Part shown: positions 41,655-52,525 of the stretch, piece by piece
Layout of the letters: each line of letters opens with the position of its first letter
Position numbering within the stretch: the stretch's first letter is position 1
Origin: Actinomycetes bacterium
Lineage (GTDB): Bacteria > Actinomycetota > Acidimicrobiia > Acidimicrobiales > JANYDT01
Length of the DNA stretch: 58,939 nucleotides
Reading direction: 5' to 3'
NCBI GenBank assembly: GCA_031368095.1
Contig: JANLQX010000514.1
Coordinates: forward strand, 1-58,939
Position numbers and translations under genes: made by a program
The notes under the pieces: model-generated
What the model was told of the DNA's origin: nothing
Seen by the model: only the letters and a program-made list of their open reading frames with translations
Databases searched by the model: none

Positions 41655-44286
41655 ATACAGCATTGAAATTCCGATAGAACTCCAGGACAGGTTGTCCCAC
41701 GAGTTTGATCGTCTTTCCGCTGTTGTCAAAGGCAAAGAGCAAGTAATACGCAATGCCATGGCTTCTGTGAAAGACAGAAGCACGGAATCAATGACCGCCA
41801 TTAAGGCTGGAATCGAATCCCTTGGAAAAGCCAAGGTAGACCTGCGAAATTTAGAAGCGCTTAGGAAGGAGATGAGCGAAGTCGCAAACGGTTCTTCGAG
41901 CGCAGCAAATCAGACCCGTATATTCTACCAAGAGCTTTTAAAGTCGAACGCTGCTCAGTCAAAGGCTGCTGGATCTGCAAAAGGGCTTAAGACCGAAATA
42001 GACGGGGTTTCGCAATCAAGCATTCGAGCTGCGAATATTTTTAAGAGTGTTCTTGGAGCGAACCTTGTTACCGGTGCCTTCTATAGCCTTATAAGTGCCG
42101 GAAGAAGTTTGATTGGGACGTTTATAGACGCAAACATTCAGTATGAGCAATCTTCGGTAGCTTTCGAAGTAATGCTAGGTAGTGCGACGAAAGCCAAAGT
42201 GCTTTTGGCACAGGTATCTCAGTTTGCTGCTGAAACTCCGTTTCAGCTTCCCGAACTTAATGCAGCCACAAAAGCACTCCTTGCTTTTGGTTCAGGTGCC
42301 GGTACCGTGGTGCAAGAACTCCGTAGGATTGGCGATATTTCATCTGGGGTAAGCGCTCCTATCGGAGAGATTGCAGCCATTTACGGTAAAGCGAGAGTGC
42401 AGGGCCGCCTCTTCGCGGAGGATATCAACCAGTTCACCGGTCGCGGAATTCCAGTCATTCAAGAGTTCGCAAAGATACTGGGAGTCGCCGAAAATAAAGT
42501 TAAGGATATGGGAGCCAAAGGCCTCATTACTTTCGATACGCTAGATCAAGCATTTGTCAATCTTACAAGCTCAGGCGGAAGATTTAACGGCATGATGGCC
42601 AAGCAGTCCCTAACGCTAGGCGGATTAATCTCGACCATTAAGGACGACTTTACACAGGTGCTTCGCGACATCGGTGAGGGCGGGCTGATGGACAAGCTGA
42701 GGAGTATCGCGAAAGATACGGCAGACTGGTTCTCGGTTAATAGCGAGAAGGTCAAAGCGTTTGCGAATGAACTCGGGTCAAAACTTGGAAATGCAATTTC
42801 ATTTACGCTAAATCACATGGGTGAGCTTCTTGATATCGGAAAAGCGTTCTTCATTGTTTTCTCCGTAGTGAAATTGGCGCAGCTTGTGCTTGGAATAAAT
42901 ACCCTAGGCATCGCTTTGAAGGCGTTGGTGCTGACCAATCCTATATTGGCCGGTGTAAGCCTGCTACTACTTGCCGGAGTCACCGCATACACACAGATCA
43001 CTCGCGCCACGGAAGACTTCAACGATGAGAATAAAAAACTTAAGGAAGGCGAAGATTTATTATTCAGCTACAACAAGCAGTTGGAGCGGACAAAGACGCT
43101 TTCTGAAAAGGTGGCAGATCTCCACAAGAAGGCGATGGAAAACAACCCTTTCGCCTTTGTTGGCACTCCCGTAGAGGAAAAGAAAAAACAAGCATCTGCT
43201 GCTCCTGTGATTCTCACCGAAGCCCAGAAAAAGCACTCTACAGAAATGCTGGCGCTTAAAGAAGAGGCTGCCAAAATTTCCGCTAAAATTAACCTGAACG
43301 GGAAAGAACTGGAGATCGCCGACGAAAAAGCAGCGTATACTAAACGGCTTGCCCTTGCTGGAAAGTTTACGGACTCGATTAAGATCATCAATCAGATACA
43401 TAAGGATGCGCTAACCGAAATAGATCAAAAATATTCCAAATTGTCTGAAGCTGCCAGAAAGGCTGACGCGCTTTCTGTTGGTGCCGAGTACGCTAAATTT
43501 CTAGAGAGCAAATCAAAACTGCAAGACGAGATAGAAAACCTTACGATGACTTCTCAGGAGCGAGAGGTCAAGCAAATAAAAGATCATTACGCTGCACTAT
43601 TGAAAGAGGCCGAGGCTCATTTCTTCAATAAAAAAGAATTGAAAGAGAAAACCGATATAATTGAAAAAGCTCAATCCGAAAGCATAAAAATTCAGGAAAA
43701 GAAGCAAGCGATTGAGAAATATCAGAACGCTTACCAGATGGCTTCCAACATTATGCAAACCGGCGACATGCTTTTCGCTCATAGCCGCAAAAATGCAATT
43801 CTGCACAAAACATTAGCAATTGGAGAAATCGCGGTGAACACTGCAAGAGCGATAATGGCAACATTGGGTACAGGAGGGTACTTAGCCATTCCTCTGGCAT
43901 TTACAATAGGCGCGCTAGGTGTCGCTCAGGCAGCAGTAGTCGCTAGGCAGAAATTCGAGCGCGGCGGTCCAGTTGGTGGTGCAGTCTTTGGTCGGAACCA
44001 TTCCCAGGGCGGCGTACCCATTGAAGTTGAAGGCGGGGAATTCATTTTCAGCAGGCGTGATGTGCAGAACGCTGGCGGCGCTGGAGCGCTTGAGGCGATG
44101 CGCCACAGCCAATTCAAAAATCCAGGTAGCGCAGGAGGCAACAACGTCTCCGTCACCTACGCCCCCGTCTACCCTTCAGGTGCAGATAGTTACGGTCCTT
44201 CTTTCACTGAAGCTGCAAGGAGAGACAAGGTTGAGTTTGGGAGGTTTATGGAAAAGGAACTTAAGGCGAAAGGGTACGTGAACTAA
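41647..44286 (+). CDS. Tail tape measure protein
   Basis: Core FAAETPFQLPELNAATKALLAFG...IGEIAAIYGKARVQGRLFAEDINQFTGRGIPV (TP901-type), with hydrophobic segments and long coiled coil. 879 aa. Confidence 0.85.
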   Translation: MSKYSIEIPIELQDRLSHEFDRLSAVVKGKEQVIRNAMASVKDRSTESMTAIKAGIESLGKAKVDLRNLEALRKEMSEVANGSSSAANQTRIFYQELLKSNAAQSKAAGSAKGLKTEIDGVSQSSIRAANIFKSVLGANLVTGAFYSLISAGRSLIGTFIDANIQYEQSSVAFEVMLGSATKAKVLLAQVSQFAAETPFQLPELNAATKALLAFGSGAGTVVQELRRIGDISSGVSAPIGEIAAIYGKARVQGRLFAEDINQFTGRGIPVIQEFAKILGVAENKVKDMGAKGLITFDTLDQAFVNLTSSGGRFNGMMAKQSLTLGGLISTIKDDFTQVLRDIGEGGLMDKLRSIAKDTADWFSVNSEKVKAFANELGSKLGNAISFTLNHMGELLDIGKAFFIVFSVVKLAQLVLGINTLGIALKALVLTNPILAGVSLLLLAGVTAYTQITRATEDFNDENKKLKEGEDLLFSYNKQLERTKTLSEKVADLHKKAMENNPFAFVGTPVEEKKKQASAAPVILTEAQKKHSTEMLALKEEAAKISAKINLNGKELEIADEKAAYTKRLALAGKFTDSIKIINQIHKDALTEIDQKYSKLSEAARKADALSVGAEYAKFLESKSKLQDEIENLTMTSQEREVKQIKDHYAALLKEAEAHFFNKKELKEKTDIIEKAQSESIKIQEKKQAIEKYQNAYQMASNIMQTGDMLFAHSRKNAILHKTLAIGEIAVNTARAIMATLGTGGYLAIPLAFTIGALGVAQAAVVARQKFERGGPVGGAVFGRNHSQGGVPIEVEGGEFIFSRRDVQNAGGAGALEAMRHSQFKNPGSAGGNNVSVTYAPVYPSGADSYGPSFTEAARRDKVEFGRFMEKELKAKGYVN

Positions 44287-45656
44287 TGGCCACATTTGGT
44301 ATTGAATCCGGATCCGTTGACAACCGCACCTTTTCTTCCTCCACAGGAGTTGGGAAGAAGTTCAAGGATTGGGTGGTCAAAACCCCTGCAAACCATGGGC
44401 CGGGGTGGTTTATTTACGATGACCAGTCTGCCATAGCCACCGATCCGTATATAGTCGTGTGCAACCAAAGCTCACCGACAGCGAATTCGAAAGCCATATT
44501 CGTGCAGGTTATTGTTGTCTCGGCATCCGAAACCATGACCTTAAAGGCTTACCTTGCGTGGGATTCGAGTGCGCACACAGGGCTTGTCTATTGGCAGGGG
44601 ATGAACGTAACCACCAAAACGGGAGCATTTGCTTATTACTTCAGGGGTGGCATTGACTGTTTGATGGTGATTCTTAGGGACGGCACAACCATTACGCACG
44701 CTCGGGTATCGAGGTGGACGGGCATTTGGGATGGGACGAAAGGGACCGAGCCAGAATCCACGTCCGGCGTGCTGACGAACCCGCTTTTTTATGGAACCGA
44801 TCCGGGTGGGTATATCTCGGCTTTCAACCAAATCACCGGCTACAAAGCGAATTTAGATGGAAATGGGAAACTGTATTTCAGCATCGTCCTTGTTTCTGGA
44901 AGCACCTACTTCATTAATATTTACAAGGATTCTGCGCGCACTCAGTTAATTGGCCACACTGCGAATTTTACAAACACCGCCACAGGGTCTAAAACAATAA
45001 CGGCCGACAACGCCTCGGGACTAGGGGGGCTCATTTGGACCGGAATCACGGTTACTGCTGTAACGAATATTGATTGCCGGTTCCTGAGAATAGACTTGGG
45101 ATCAGGTCAGGGAGCAGGGTTTCGGGTTGGGAAGTTTTATTTTATGGTTGACCTTCAAGGCGGTGCTGCACGTGTAAACTATGTGCAAGTTGAATCAAAA
45201 AGCGGTGACCAGCTTGTTCTAACTGCTGTCAATCCGCTTGCGTTTTTAGCTGGGTCCTATATCAGCCCTTACCCACATCGATGGGCAGCAAGTGGAAGCA
45301 CACCGATACTTGACTCCGCAACTCAGATTCCATATTCCTCCAATTTTGGAAACGAGACTAGTGCTAGTAGCGGTTTCTGTAGATGTAGTTACGATTGGCT
45401 AATAAGTGCTTTGAATAGATTGAACCCAGATGATGAAGGCGACTATGCAGCCCAACAGCCTTGGATTGTTGAAATCGCAAACACCTTCGGCCAGCGCGCA
45501 TGGGGCAAAGAAAGCAATGTTATTGTTGGCGCCGGTTCAGGGCTAGCAGCCATGATCGACCGCCGCATTATTAATGGAGTCGCGTATATCGCCCTGACTT
45601 CGGGAAGCGCTGGAACTACAGTCCCTCTAGTCCTCGATACGGAATCACTTTCCTAA
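44286..45656 (+). CDS. Tail protein (distal tail protein position)
   Basis: Coupled (TAATG) to the tape measure. It shares a ~85-aa module with the 1637-aa tail protein. Confidence 0.6.
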   Translation: MATFGIESGSVDNRTFSSSTGVGKKFKDWVVKTPANHGPGWFIYDDQSAIATDPYIVVCNQSSPTANSKAIFVQVIVVSASETMTLKAYLAWDSSAHTGLVYWQGMNVTTKTGAFAYYFRGGIDCLMVILRDGTTITHARVSRWTGIWDGTKGTEPESTSGVLTNPLFYGTDPGGYISAFNQITGYKANLDGNGKLYFSIVLVSGSTYFINIYKDSARTQLIGHTANFTNTATGSKTITADNASGLGGLIWTGITVTAVTNIDCRFLRIDLGSGQGAGFRVGKFYFMVDLQGGAARVNYVQVESKSGDQLVLTAVNPLAFLAGSYISPYPHRWAASGSTPILDSATQIPYSSNFGNETSASSGFCRCSYDWLISALNRLNPDDEGDYAAQQPWIVEIANTFGQRAWGKESNVIVGAGSGLAAMIDRRIINGVAYIALTSGSAGTTVPLVLDTESLS

Positions 45657-46348
45657 TGGCCGACACGAACGGCTTCCTGATAGAGGATCCGGTGCTGCTC
45701 TTTGGAGTCAGCGACCTTTCATCAGGGCCAGTTATTGACACGCCTGGTTTTTTGATTCCTGATGTGGATCTTGTTTTTGGTTATTCGGATCTAGCGAGTG
45801 GAAGCAAAATTGATTCTCCTGGTTTTCTGCTTCCAGATCCGGAGGTTCTTTTTGGCACAGCGATATCCTCTGTCTATCCTGGATATGATACCCCCGGCTT
45901 TTTAATTGACCTCGAAACACTTCCTTGGATGCCAGGAGATACGGCCTTTTTAATAGTTCCGAACGAAAATACAATCCCATTCTTTCCATCGGACCCCACC
46001 ATGACCGAAATAATCTACCCAGTCAAACCCATTTCAGACGCCAACAAAGTCCTTTTCAAAATGGACTCAGAAGAATGGCGCGTCACCCAAAAAGCAACCA
46101 ATCCCAGGAACGAGGAAACCGACACGATCCGTTTCAGAGTGGACACCAGTTACATGGCCACCTTCCTGAACGACCTCCACTCCAACAAAGCGAACCAGTT
46201 CCGCCTTTCAACCCCAGGCTACACTCCTTTCGGGTCCACCTCACAGGACAACTACGTCCGCGTGCTCTCTCACTCCAGACCCCAACGTGAGGATCGGGGT
46301 TTAACCCAGCTCATCGACGTTGAATTCCTGTTCGTGGCGGTGTTCTAA
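45656..46348 (+). CDS. Tail protein with tandem ~25-aa PGFL repeats
   Basis: TNGFLIEDPVLLFGVSDLSSGPVID / TPGFLIPDVDLVFGYSDLASGSKID / SPGFLLPDPEVLFGTAISSVYPGYD / TPGFLIDLETL. Confidence 0.6.
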   Translation: MADTNGFLIEDPVLLFGVSDLSSGPVIDTPGFLIPDVDLVFGYSDLASGSKIDSPGFLLPDPEVLFGTAISSVYPGYDTPGFLIDLETLPWMPGDTAFLIVPNENTIPFFPSDPTMTEIIYPVKPISDANKVLFKMDSEEWRVTQKATNPRNEETDTIRFRVDTSYMATFLNDLHSNKANQFRLSTPGYTPFGSTSQDNYVRVLSHSRPQREDRGLTQLIDVEFLFVAVF

Positions 46349-49300
46349 GTGAAATTTGGCGAGACCGGCGACTCTATCCACGCTTTAAGCTTCTCGGTGC
46401 AAGAGGGGTACTCCACGCCCGCCTGGCCATTTGATAAGACCGTCAAGGTGCTCAAAGCTATCGACGGGACGATCATCGACAGCATCAACTTTGGAGCGAG
46501 GCAGCACAGAACCGCCGAATTCAATATCAATTACATGACCAGGGCCGATCACTACACTCTGAAAACATATTTCGACGCAAACCGTGGCCTCAAAATCCGC
46601 GTTGAACTTGAGAATACCGGAGAGCGAGTATTTGGGGAGCAGTATACCGGAACAGTCTACTATGCTTACCTCCTAGCCGCTGATTCCATGGGGGAGACGG
46701 CGTTCTCCCCATCCCACACCATGTACGGCTATTCCCTAAAGATGGACTTCGCCGGCACTGCTTCAAACTCAGTCCCCAATCCTGCCGACTCATCCGACTA
46801 TGACATCCTGGTGACCATCGACTGCGTCCGCGTGACTGCCGGGTGCCAGGTGGCGAACCTGACCGCGCTCCAGGCCATTCGCAACAAAGATGGCGGTAGC
46901 CGTGGGATGGCCCTGGATACGAGGAAGGTGTACTTCTACAATATTGCTGCATGGACCGAGAGCGGCGACAACAATAATCAGCTTTCACGGTACGAAAATA
47001 TCACCGGCTTTCAGGCGAACTGGGATGCCAACAGGCGTCTTTATTTCTCCCTAGGTGCCCCTTCCGGAGGGGCTAGCGCGTTGAGCATCTTCAAGGATGC
47101 GGCCCGCACCCAATTGATTGGTCATACCATTTCTACCGCCGTTTTCGGGCAGGCCGACGGTAACCTTGTCGACATCATCCCAGACAACAACTCCGGGCTC
47201 GGTGGGAAAATTGCCTTCGACGCACACACGGCAGCGGACACAGACATTCAGATAGACTACGGGTTTTGGGATTACCAGTACACAGCACCAGCCAATGACG
47301 CTGCCCAAGGGCTTAAGAACGGGGTATTCCGCCTCTCAGCCTTCGCGGACATCTCCGGAAGCTCATCAGGTATTTCAGCCACCCTAGGAACCGCCGAGGA
47401 CTTTAAATCCGGCTGGATTGTGGAGAAGTCCATCAAACTCCCACGATATTCCGTTGATGCTCGCCAAGGGCCTGCCATCGAGCACCCGGAGGGGTTCGCC
47501 TTCGCTCTGGACAACTCCTCAAAACGGTGGAAGTACCCGCTTGATAACAACCTTGCTTTCTATGGCGCCTACTGCCAGCTTTACGTCTATGATCGATTGT
47601 CAGGGCAACTGGTCCTATTGAGAAGCGGCTACAACAATAAGAACGGGTTCGACTACACACGGTTTGAGTTTGAAATAGAACCGAGCGTATTCCTTCAGAA
47701 CAAATCCTTCCCTGTCACGGTGATTGGTAAGGGCAATTACCCCAACGCAGCGGATACCATGCGCGGAAAGCCGGTCCTGGCCACGTATGGACGGTGGGAT
47801 AAAGGGCTTCTGCAAACTGTGGCGTTTAATATGGATCCGATTCGGTTTCCGAACAAAAAAAAGAACTTGGCCGTTAAGTCTTGGAATTCGGGCACCCTTA
47901 AAATGGTTATTGACTTACCACCCAGCGAAATTTCCATTGTCCTTGGATCCGCATATACAAGCTATCCTGCTACCATTTACCAATACCTTTATGTTTCAAT
48001 ATTCTACCAACAGGATCAAACGGACCTTAAAAAACTCCGGAAGGTCCTTTCTGTTTCTTCGTCCTCCGGAAATACTGAGCTAACACTTGAAAAAGGCTTT
48101 GCCGATGCTGTCGACACGACGGCGATCGTTGTCCTTTACCTATCTAACGTCCAAATTTTGATAGATGAAAACGCGTCAGTTGGTTTGCGAGAAGTAGACT
48201 ACCTGGTTAAAGGAAATTCAGGCGCAACCCCTCTGGAGCTTTTTGCAAAAGATGGAGAAGTCGTTAAGCCGGTTATTGACACTATGTTTAAAGTTGTCGC
48301 GGATGGAAAGAAAAACCAATTAACCGTCGATACCAACGCAATTTTACTGGATACCACGGGCGACCTAATCGCGGGGCAGTCTACTCCTTTGGATATCGTT
48401 TCTCCTGAAAACCTGCACGCAATAACGGACAAGCGACACGCAAACGGATACGACTACTTCGATTTTGGCTTTTCTCCTAAAGGGGTAGATTCAAATGAGG
48501 TCTCTGAATACGCTGGCGAAGCGGTTCGTGGAAACTGGCAAGGCTACAGAAGCGAGGGGAGGATTCGCGCTATTTTTTCCCCCACGTTTACGACCCTAAT
48601 TTGGACCACATACTTAAATGCCTCAGCTTACACGCTCACGCGGTACCTGTGCACCTATAGGAAGGGTGAAAACAATCTGTATATAGAACCCCAAGGCCGC
48701 GTTCTTGACACCACCTTCGGAACAGCGGGATCGGGCGTAAAATTAGAGAACGGATCCACGGCGTCTGTGTCTGCTGGCGTAGTCACTATTCCGGGTGGGA
48801 GTTCCTTTGTAGCTATAGACCAAAGCGTCAACAACACTGAAACACGGGCTTACGAATATCGTTTACAACCCATTGAAACCACAACCGGACCGGCGTTTCG
48901 CGTTTCTTCCCGTGGTTTTAATAGACCCGTTCCAAGTGGATCCGCTGGGTTGGTTTCCTTAGACGTTAAGGATTTTGTACTTCTGGCGTGGCCCGTCCCA
49001 ACCACACAGGCTGGCTTTACAGTTTTTCAAAAGCAAGATCCAGCAGATTTCGCCCAGGTCGCGGGGATGCCTGTTTCTAGTCCTACGCTTGGATGGTATA
49101 AGACGGCAAGCTTGACCCCAGGGCAAAAATATACCTTCATGGTTTCCATCAACAGCTTAGCCATTGGGTCCGGAGGGGATTCGTGGTTTGTTCCTTCCGG
49201 GTATGCAAGCGATCACGGCATACACCAATTGCTGCACGCTGGCGATGCTTATTCGACGCTGCCGTACCAAACCATGCGGGATTCCCCAAACTGTGACCTC

Positions 49301-51262
49301 CACGATCCAACTGATCTTGGATATGCACGATCGTGGGGGGTCGTCACTAAGCTGAAACTGAATGCTGCTGGTAGTGATTTTCCTGCTGCTGGTGTTGTCT
49401 TTTCAACTATTTGGAAAATTGATAAAGAAAAAATTGGAGACCTTCGAGGAGCAAAAGACGTTCGAATTTTGCAAAACCTTGTCGTTCGTTCATATATAGG
49501 GGCAAACACACCTGTCCCATTCATTATACAACTACGGCTCTTGCGTGCTGACAAGTCTTCCGCATACACAATTCAATACGAAAACATGGCGACGAAAGCG
49601 CCTACGGAAGGATCAAGTTACGGCGCCTACGCCCAATTTTTGAATTTGCCTGGATCAAAAAACGGAACAGGGCTTGATAATAATTACGAAACTAACGACT
49701 CGGCAAGTAACGCTGCCGGTCTTTATACAGGTAAAGACCTATGGAAGCTTCCGGAGTGGCTTTTTGAGGGAGATGCGGCCGAATGGCAGGATGTAGAATA
49801 CCTAATGATCTCGGTCACAAACGCAGCGTCTATTGCTTTTGCCAGCATTAAAAACGCATCAACTGGCTATAGTCTCGGCGTTGGCGGGCCGCCCTTTAAG
49901 ACGTGGGCCCAAGTTTCAAAGCATATTCCGGGTTTATGGATAGAGTATATTCAAAAGATTGACGGTGGCCTGCGCCAACCCTTATACGCCCGCATCGACG
50001 GCGGCCGTATCGACGACGCTTCCGGAACCATCACGGGCACAGCAAACAAAATCATCGAGAAGGCCCGGCACGTAGTCGATCATGTTGTCAACTCCATGCT
50101 CGGCGTCAAACCCGTTTACCTGGGCACTGAGATGAAAAGCCGGGACGGGTGGTTGTGGAGATGGCAGACCAAGGACTCTAAACCCCTCCTTGAAACCCTG
50201 CAAACCTTTGCGAACAACATCCACGGGATCTGGACCCTGACCCCGGATGACAAGCTTTGCCTCCGGTCTCTGGATATCAACGATCCGTCCATCCCCTCTG
50301 TTTTCTCCTTCACGGACTCCAATATTATTATGGATTCCCTGGGAAAGCCTGAGTATCGCAGGAGAAACGAGATTTATCAGCGGTTCAGGCTTAAATACAA
50401 TATCGAACCATCAAAGGGTGGCAAGCCCACAGAGGAAATACTGATTGGCTGGGACTTGGCCACCAGCCTACCCGTCCTGAGCGGATACGCCAACGTAGTT
50501 GAAGACTCTGCCGGTGTCCTGAGTACCGCTGGGGACGGCGACGGCTTAGACAAGACCCTTTGCCGCCTGTCCACGCAGCTCTATGCTGCCGGGCTGGGAT
50601 TAAACGAATTCGGGGCCGGTGAAAACGCTGAAAAGATTTATGAGATGTTCTACCGTCCCACCAAACCTTCCAAACTGACCGGGGAACCTATTGAGCGGGA
50701 CCTACCAAACGTCAGCCCGACGAGCAGTCTCTACGGCGTAAACGTCAAACCCCCAAAGATGGCGATGCAAGACCTGGCGAAGATGGTTGTCAACTTCTTC
50801 TGCTACGACTCTTGGTACTTCCCGATTTCCTGTTCCATGAAAAACCTGATTTACAATCCTTCGATTAACGGGGTCAAGGACGAGGCTGGAACAGTAGACA
50901 GAAAGCTGAAACTGGGGGACGTGGTGACGTTAACCAGCGCCTTCCACACGGCGGGGCTGCCTGTCAGGTGCATTATCCTCGACATCGAGCCCCAGTTCTA
51001 CGATGGGATGGGCACGCTTCACCTGTTCGCACCAAGACCACCTGGTCAACTGGGAACTTTTGTGGATCCGGTTTGGGATGCGGGGGCACCGGGCCCAAGA
51101 AACCCGGCCGATTTCACATTCAAAAGCACCCTGTACGGACTCCTGAACGAGGACGGCACTTTTGCGGATGCGGGCGGCATAGGGTCACGGAATGAAGCAG
51201 TTATGAAGTTCCCGGACGGCACCTTCGCCGATCCAAAAGGCACGGGAAGCGGAAAGGCGTAA
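46349..51262 (+). CDS. Large tail tip / host-specificity protein (1637 aa)
   Basis: Assigned by size and position after the tape measure and distal tail genes. GTG start directly after the upstream stop. Confidence 0.7.
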   Translation: MKFGETGDSIHALSFSVQEGYSTPAWPFDKTVKVLKAIDGTIIDSINFGARQHRTAEFNINYMTRADHYTLKTYFDANRGLKIRVELENTGERVFGEQYTGTVYYAYLLAADSMGETAFSPSHTMYGYSLKMDFAGTASNSVPNPADSSDYDILVTIDCVRVTAGCQVANLTALQAIRNKDGGSRGMALDTRKVYFYNIAAWTESGDNNNQLSRYENITGFQANWDANRRLYFSLGAPSGGASALSIFKDAARTQLIGHTISTAVFGQADGNLVDIIPDNNSGLGGKIAFDAHTAADTDIQIDYGFWDYQYTAPANDAAQGLKNGVFRLSAFADISGSSSGISATLGTAEDFKSGWIVEKSIKLPRYSVDARQGPAIEHPEGFAFALDNSSKRWKYPLDNNLAFYGAYCQLYVYDRLSGQLVLLRSGYNNKNGFDYTRFEFEIEPSVFLQNKSFPVTVIGKGNYPNAADTMRGKPVLATYGRWDKGLLQTVAFNMDPIRFPNKKKNLAVKSWNSGTLKMVIDLPPSEISIVLGSAYTSYPATIYQYLYVSIFYQQDQTDLKKLRKVLSVSSSSGNTELTLEKGFADAVDTTAIVVLYLSNVQILIDENASVGLREVDYLVKGNSGATPLELFAKDGEVVKPVIDTMFKVVADGKKNQLTVDTNAILLDTTGDLIAGQSTPLDIVSPENLHAITDKRHANGYDYFDFGFSPKGVDSNEVSEYAGEAVRGNWQGYRSEGRIRAIFSPTFTTLIWTTYLNASAYTLTRYLCTYRKGENNLYIEPQGRVLDTTFGTAGSGVKLENGSTASVSAGVVTIPGGSSFVAIDQSVNNTETRAYEYRLQPIETTTGPAFRVSSRGFNRPVPSGSAGLVSLDVKDFVLLAWPVPTTQAGFTVFQKQDPADFAQVAGMPVSSPTLGWYKTASLTPGQKYTFMVSINSLAIGSGGDSWFVPSGYASDHGIHQLLHAGDAYSTLPYQTMRDSPNCDLHDPTDLGYARSWGVVTKLKLNAAGSDFPAAGVVFSTIWKIDKEKIGDLRGAKDVRILQNLVVRSYIGANTPVPFIIQLRLLRADKSSAYTIQYENMATKAPTEGSSYGAYAQFLNLPGSKNGTGLDNNYETNDSASNAAGLYTGKDLWKLPEWLFEGDAAEWQDVEYLMISVTNAASIAFASIKNASTGYSLGVGGPPFKTWAQVSKHIPGLWIEYIQKIDGGLRQPLYARIDGGRIDDASGTITGTANKIIEKARHVVDHVVNSMLGVKPVYLGTEMKSRDGWLWRWQTKDSKPLLETLQTFANNIHGIWTLTPDDKLCLRSLDINDPSIPSVFSFTDSNIIMDSLGKPEYRRRNEIYQRFRLKYNIEPSKGGKPTEEILIGWDLATSLPVLSGYANVVEDSAGVLSTAGDGDGLDKTLCRLSTQLYAAGLGLNEFGAGENAEKIYEMFYRPTKPSKLTGEPIERDLPNVSPTSSLYGVNVKPPKMAMQDLAKMVVNFFCYDSWYFPISCSMKNLIYNPSINGVKDEAGTVDRKLKLGDVVTLTSAFHTAGLPVRCIILDIEPQFYDGMGTLHLFAPRPPGQLGTFVDPVWDAGAPGPRNPADFTFKSTLYGLLNEDGTFADAGGIGSRNEAVMKFPDGTFADPKGTGSGKA

Positions 51263-51265
51263 ACC

Positions 51266-52525
51266 ATGGCAAACATCATTGTTCTACTCAGAGAGGAATC
51301 CAGCCTTTCACTCCTTGAAAACGGCACTGCCAGCGTTGGCGGGTTGCAGGTTGGGGAGCTGGGGTATAATGAAGCCTCGCAGGAGTTCAGCTACAAGAAC
51401 CGAGTTTCATCGGCGTTCCGGCATATCACCACCAGGGAGAAAATGCTGCTCGGTGCGGCGGCGGCCACGTCCGGGGCCAAGGGTGTGGGTTACTTCCCTG
51501 CTTCCGGTCTGACATCGGTCACGGTGCAGGACGCCTTAGACGAGCTCCGCACCCAGGTTGCGGCTGCGGGCGATGGATCGGGGTACGTAATCAACGGCAC
51601 CAGTCAGCAGCCCACCAGTAATTTCAACATCTCGGGAGCGGGGGTAATAGGAACGACTCTAGGCGTCGGCGGGATTACAACCCTTGGGAATACGCTACAA
51701 AGAACCATAGCCGGCGAATTTTTAATTCAAAACACCTATGCCAGCGGCGGCACCATAAAACTGCAAACAACCAGCGGTGATATAACGCTTTCCCCCGCAA
51801 CCAATTTGCAGCTGACTCCAGGCGCCTCGTTTAAGGTCAGTGTAAATAACACCAATGACGCTACCTCCATCTCAACCGGAAGCCTAATCACTACTGGTGG
51901 TGTGGGTATTGCAAAAGCGCTATGGGTCGGCGGTCTGGTGAATATTGCTGGAAATATCGCAACATCTGGATCGACAATTAATGCTTCAGCATCCATTAAA
52001 ATTGGTACAACAGGATTGACAGGTGTTGTTCAGTATGGAATAAACGCCGATTTAACATTTAACAGTTCTGCTACGAGCAACTGTCTCGGAATTTTCACAA
52101 AAATAACTACAGCTCCATCAATAACGACTGCCCAAGCGGCAGGATTATACATAGAAAGCAATACAAAAGGGGCGGGAGCAACTTTAAACACGAACTACGG
52201 TATTTACATCGGAGACCAGTCAGGAGTCGGGACTACGAACTGGGCGATATATAGTGGTGGCGGAGACTCTTTTTTCTCAGGAAATTTATTTATTGGAACG
52301 GTAGCCTCTTTAAAAATGAATGTCGCCACCCCTGCCGGAGGGGCCATAGCTGCTAATTTTGGATCATCGGCGCATTGCGGTATAGCCTGGGGCTCCGGTG
52401 CTCCGACTGTATCAGCCCCAAAAGGATGCTTATATCTCCGTACGGACGGAAGCGCAACAAATAATAGGGCATACATAAACACTGACGGCGGTACGACATG
52501 GACCGCATTAACGACAGCGGCATGA
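51266..52525 (+). CDS. Tail fibre protein
   Basis: The N-terminus IIVLLREESS...LQVGELGYNEASQEF resembles the conserved tail-fibre N-terminal motif. The middle is Gly/Thr/Ser-rich. The C-terminus reads GSGAPTVSAPKGCLYLRTDGSATNNRAYINTDGGTTWTAL. Confidence 0.7.
   Translation: MANIIVLLREESSLSLLENGTASVGGLQVGELGYNEASQEFSYKNRVSSAFRHITTREKMLLGAAAATSGAKGVGYFPASGLTSVTVQDALDELRTQVAAAGDGSGYVINGTSQQPTSNFNISGAGVIGTTLGVGGITTLGNTLQRTIAGEFLIQNTYASGGTIKLQTTSGDITLSPATNLQLTPGASFKVSVNNTNDATSISTGSLITTGGVGIAKALWVGGLVNIAGNIATSGSTINASASIKIGTTGLTGVVQYGINADLTFNSSATSNCLGIFTKITTAPSITTAQAAGLYIESNTKGAGATLNTNYGIYIGDQSGVGTTNWAIYSGGGDSFFSGNLFIGTVASLKMNVATPAGGAIAANFGSSAHCGIAWGSGAPTVSAPKGCLYLRTDGSATNNRAYINTDGGTTWTALTTAA

Noticed and set aside
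51266-52525. Diversity-generating retroelement associated with the tail fibre (the N-terminus is reminiscent of tropism-determinant-type fibres)
   Set aside because: No reverse transcriptase gene exists anywhere in the window, and I saw no template/variable repeat pair near the fibre 3' end.
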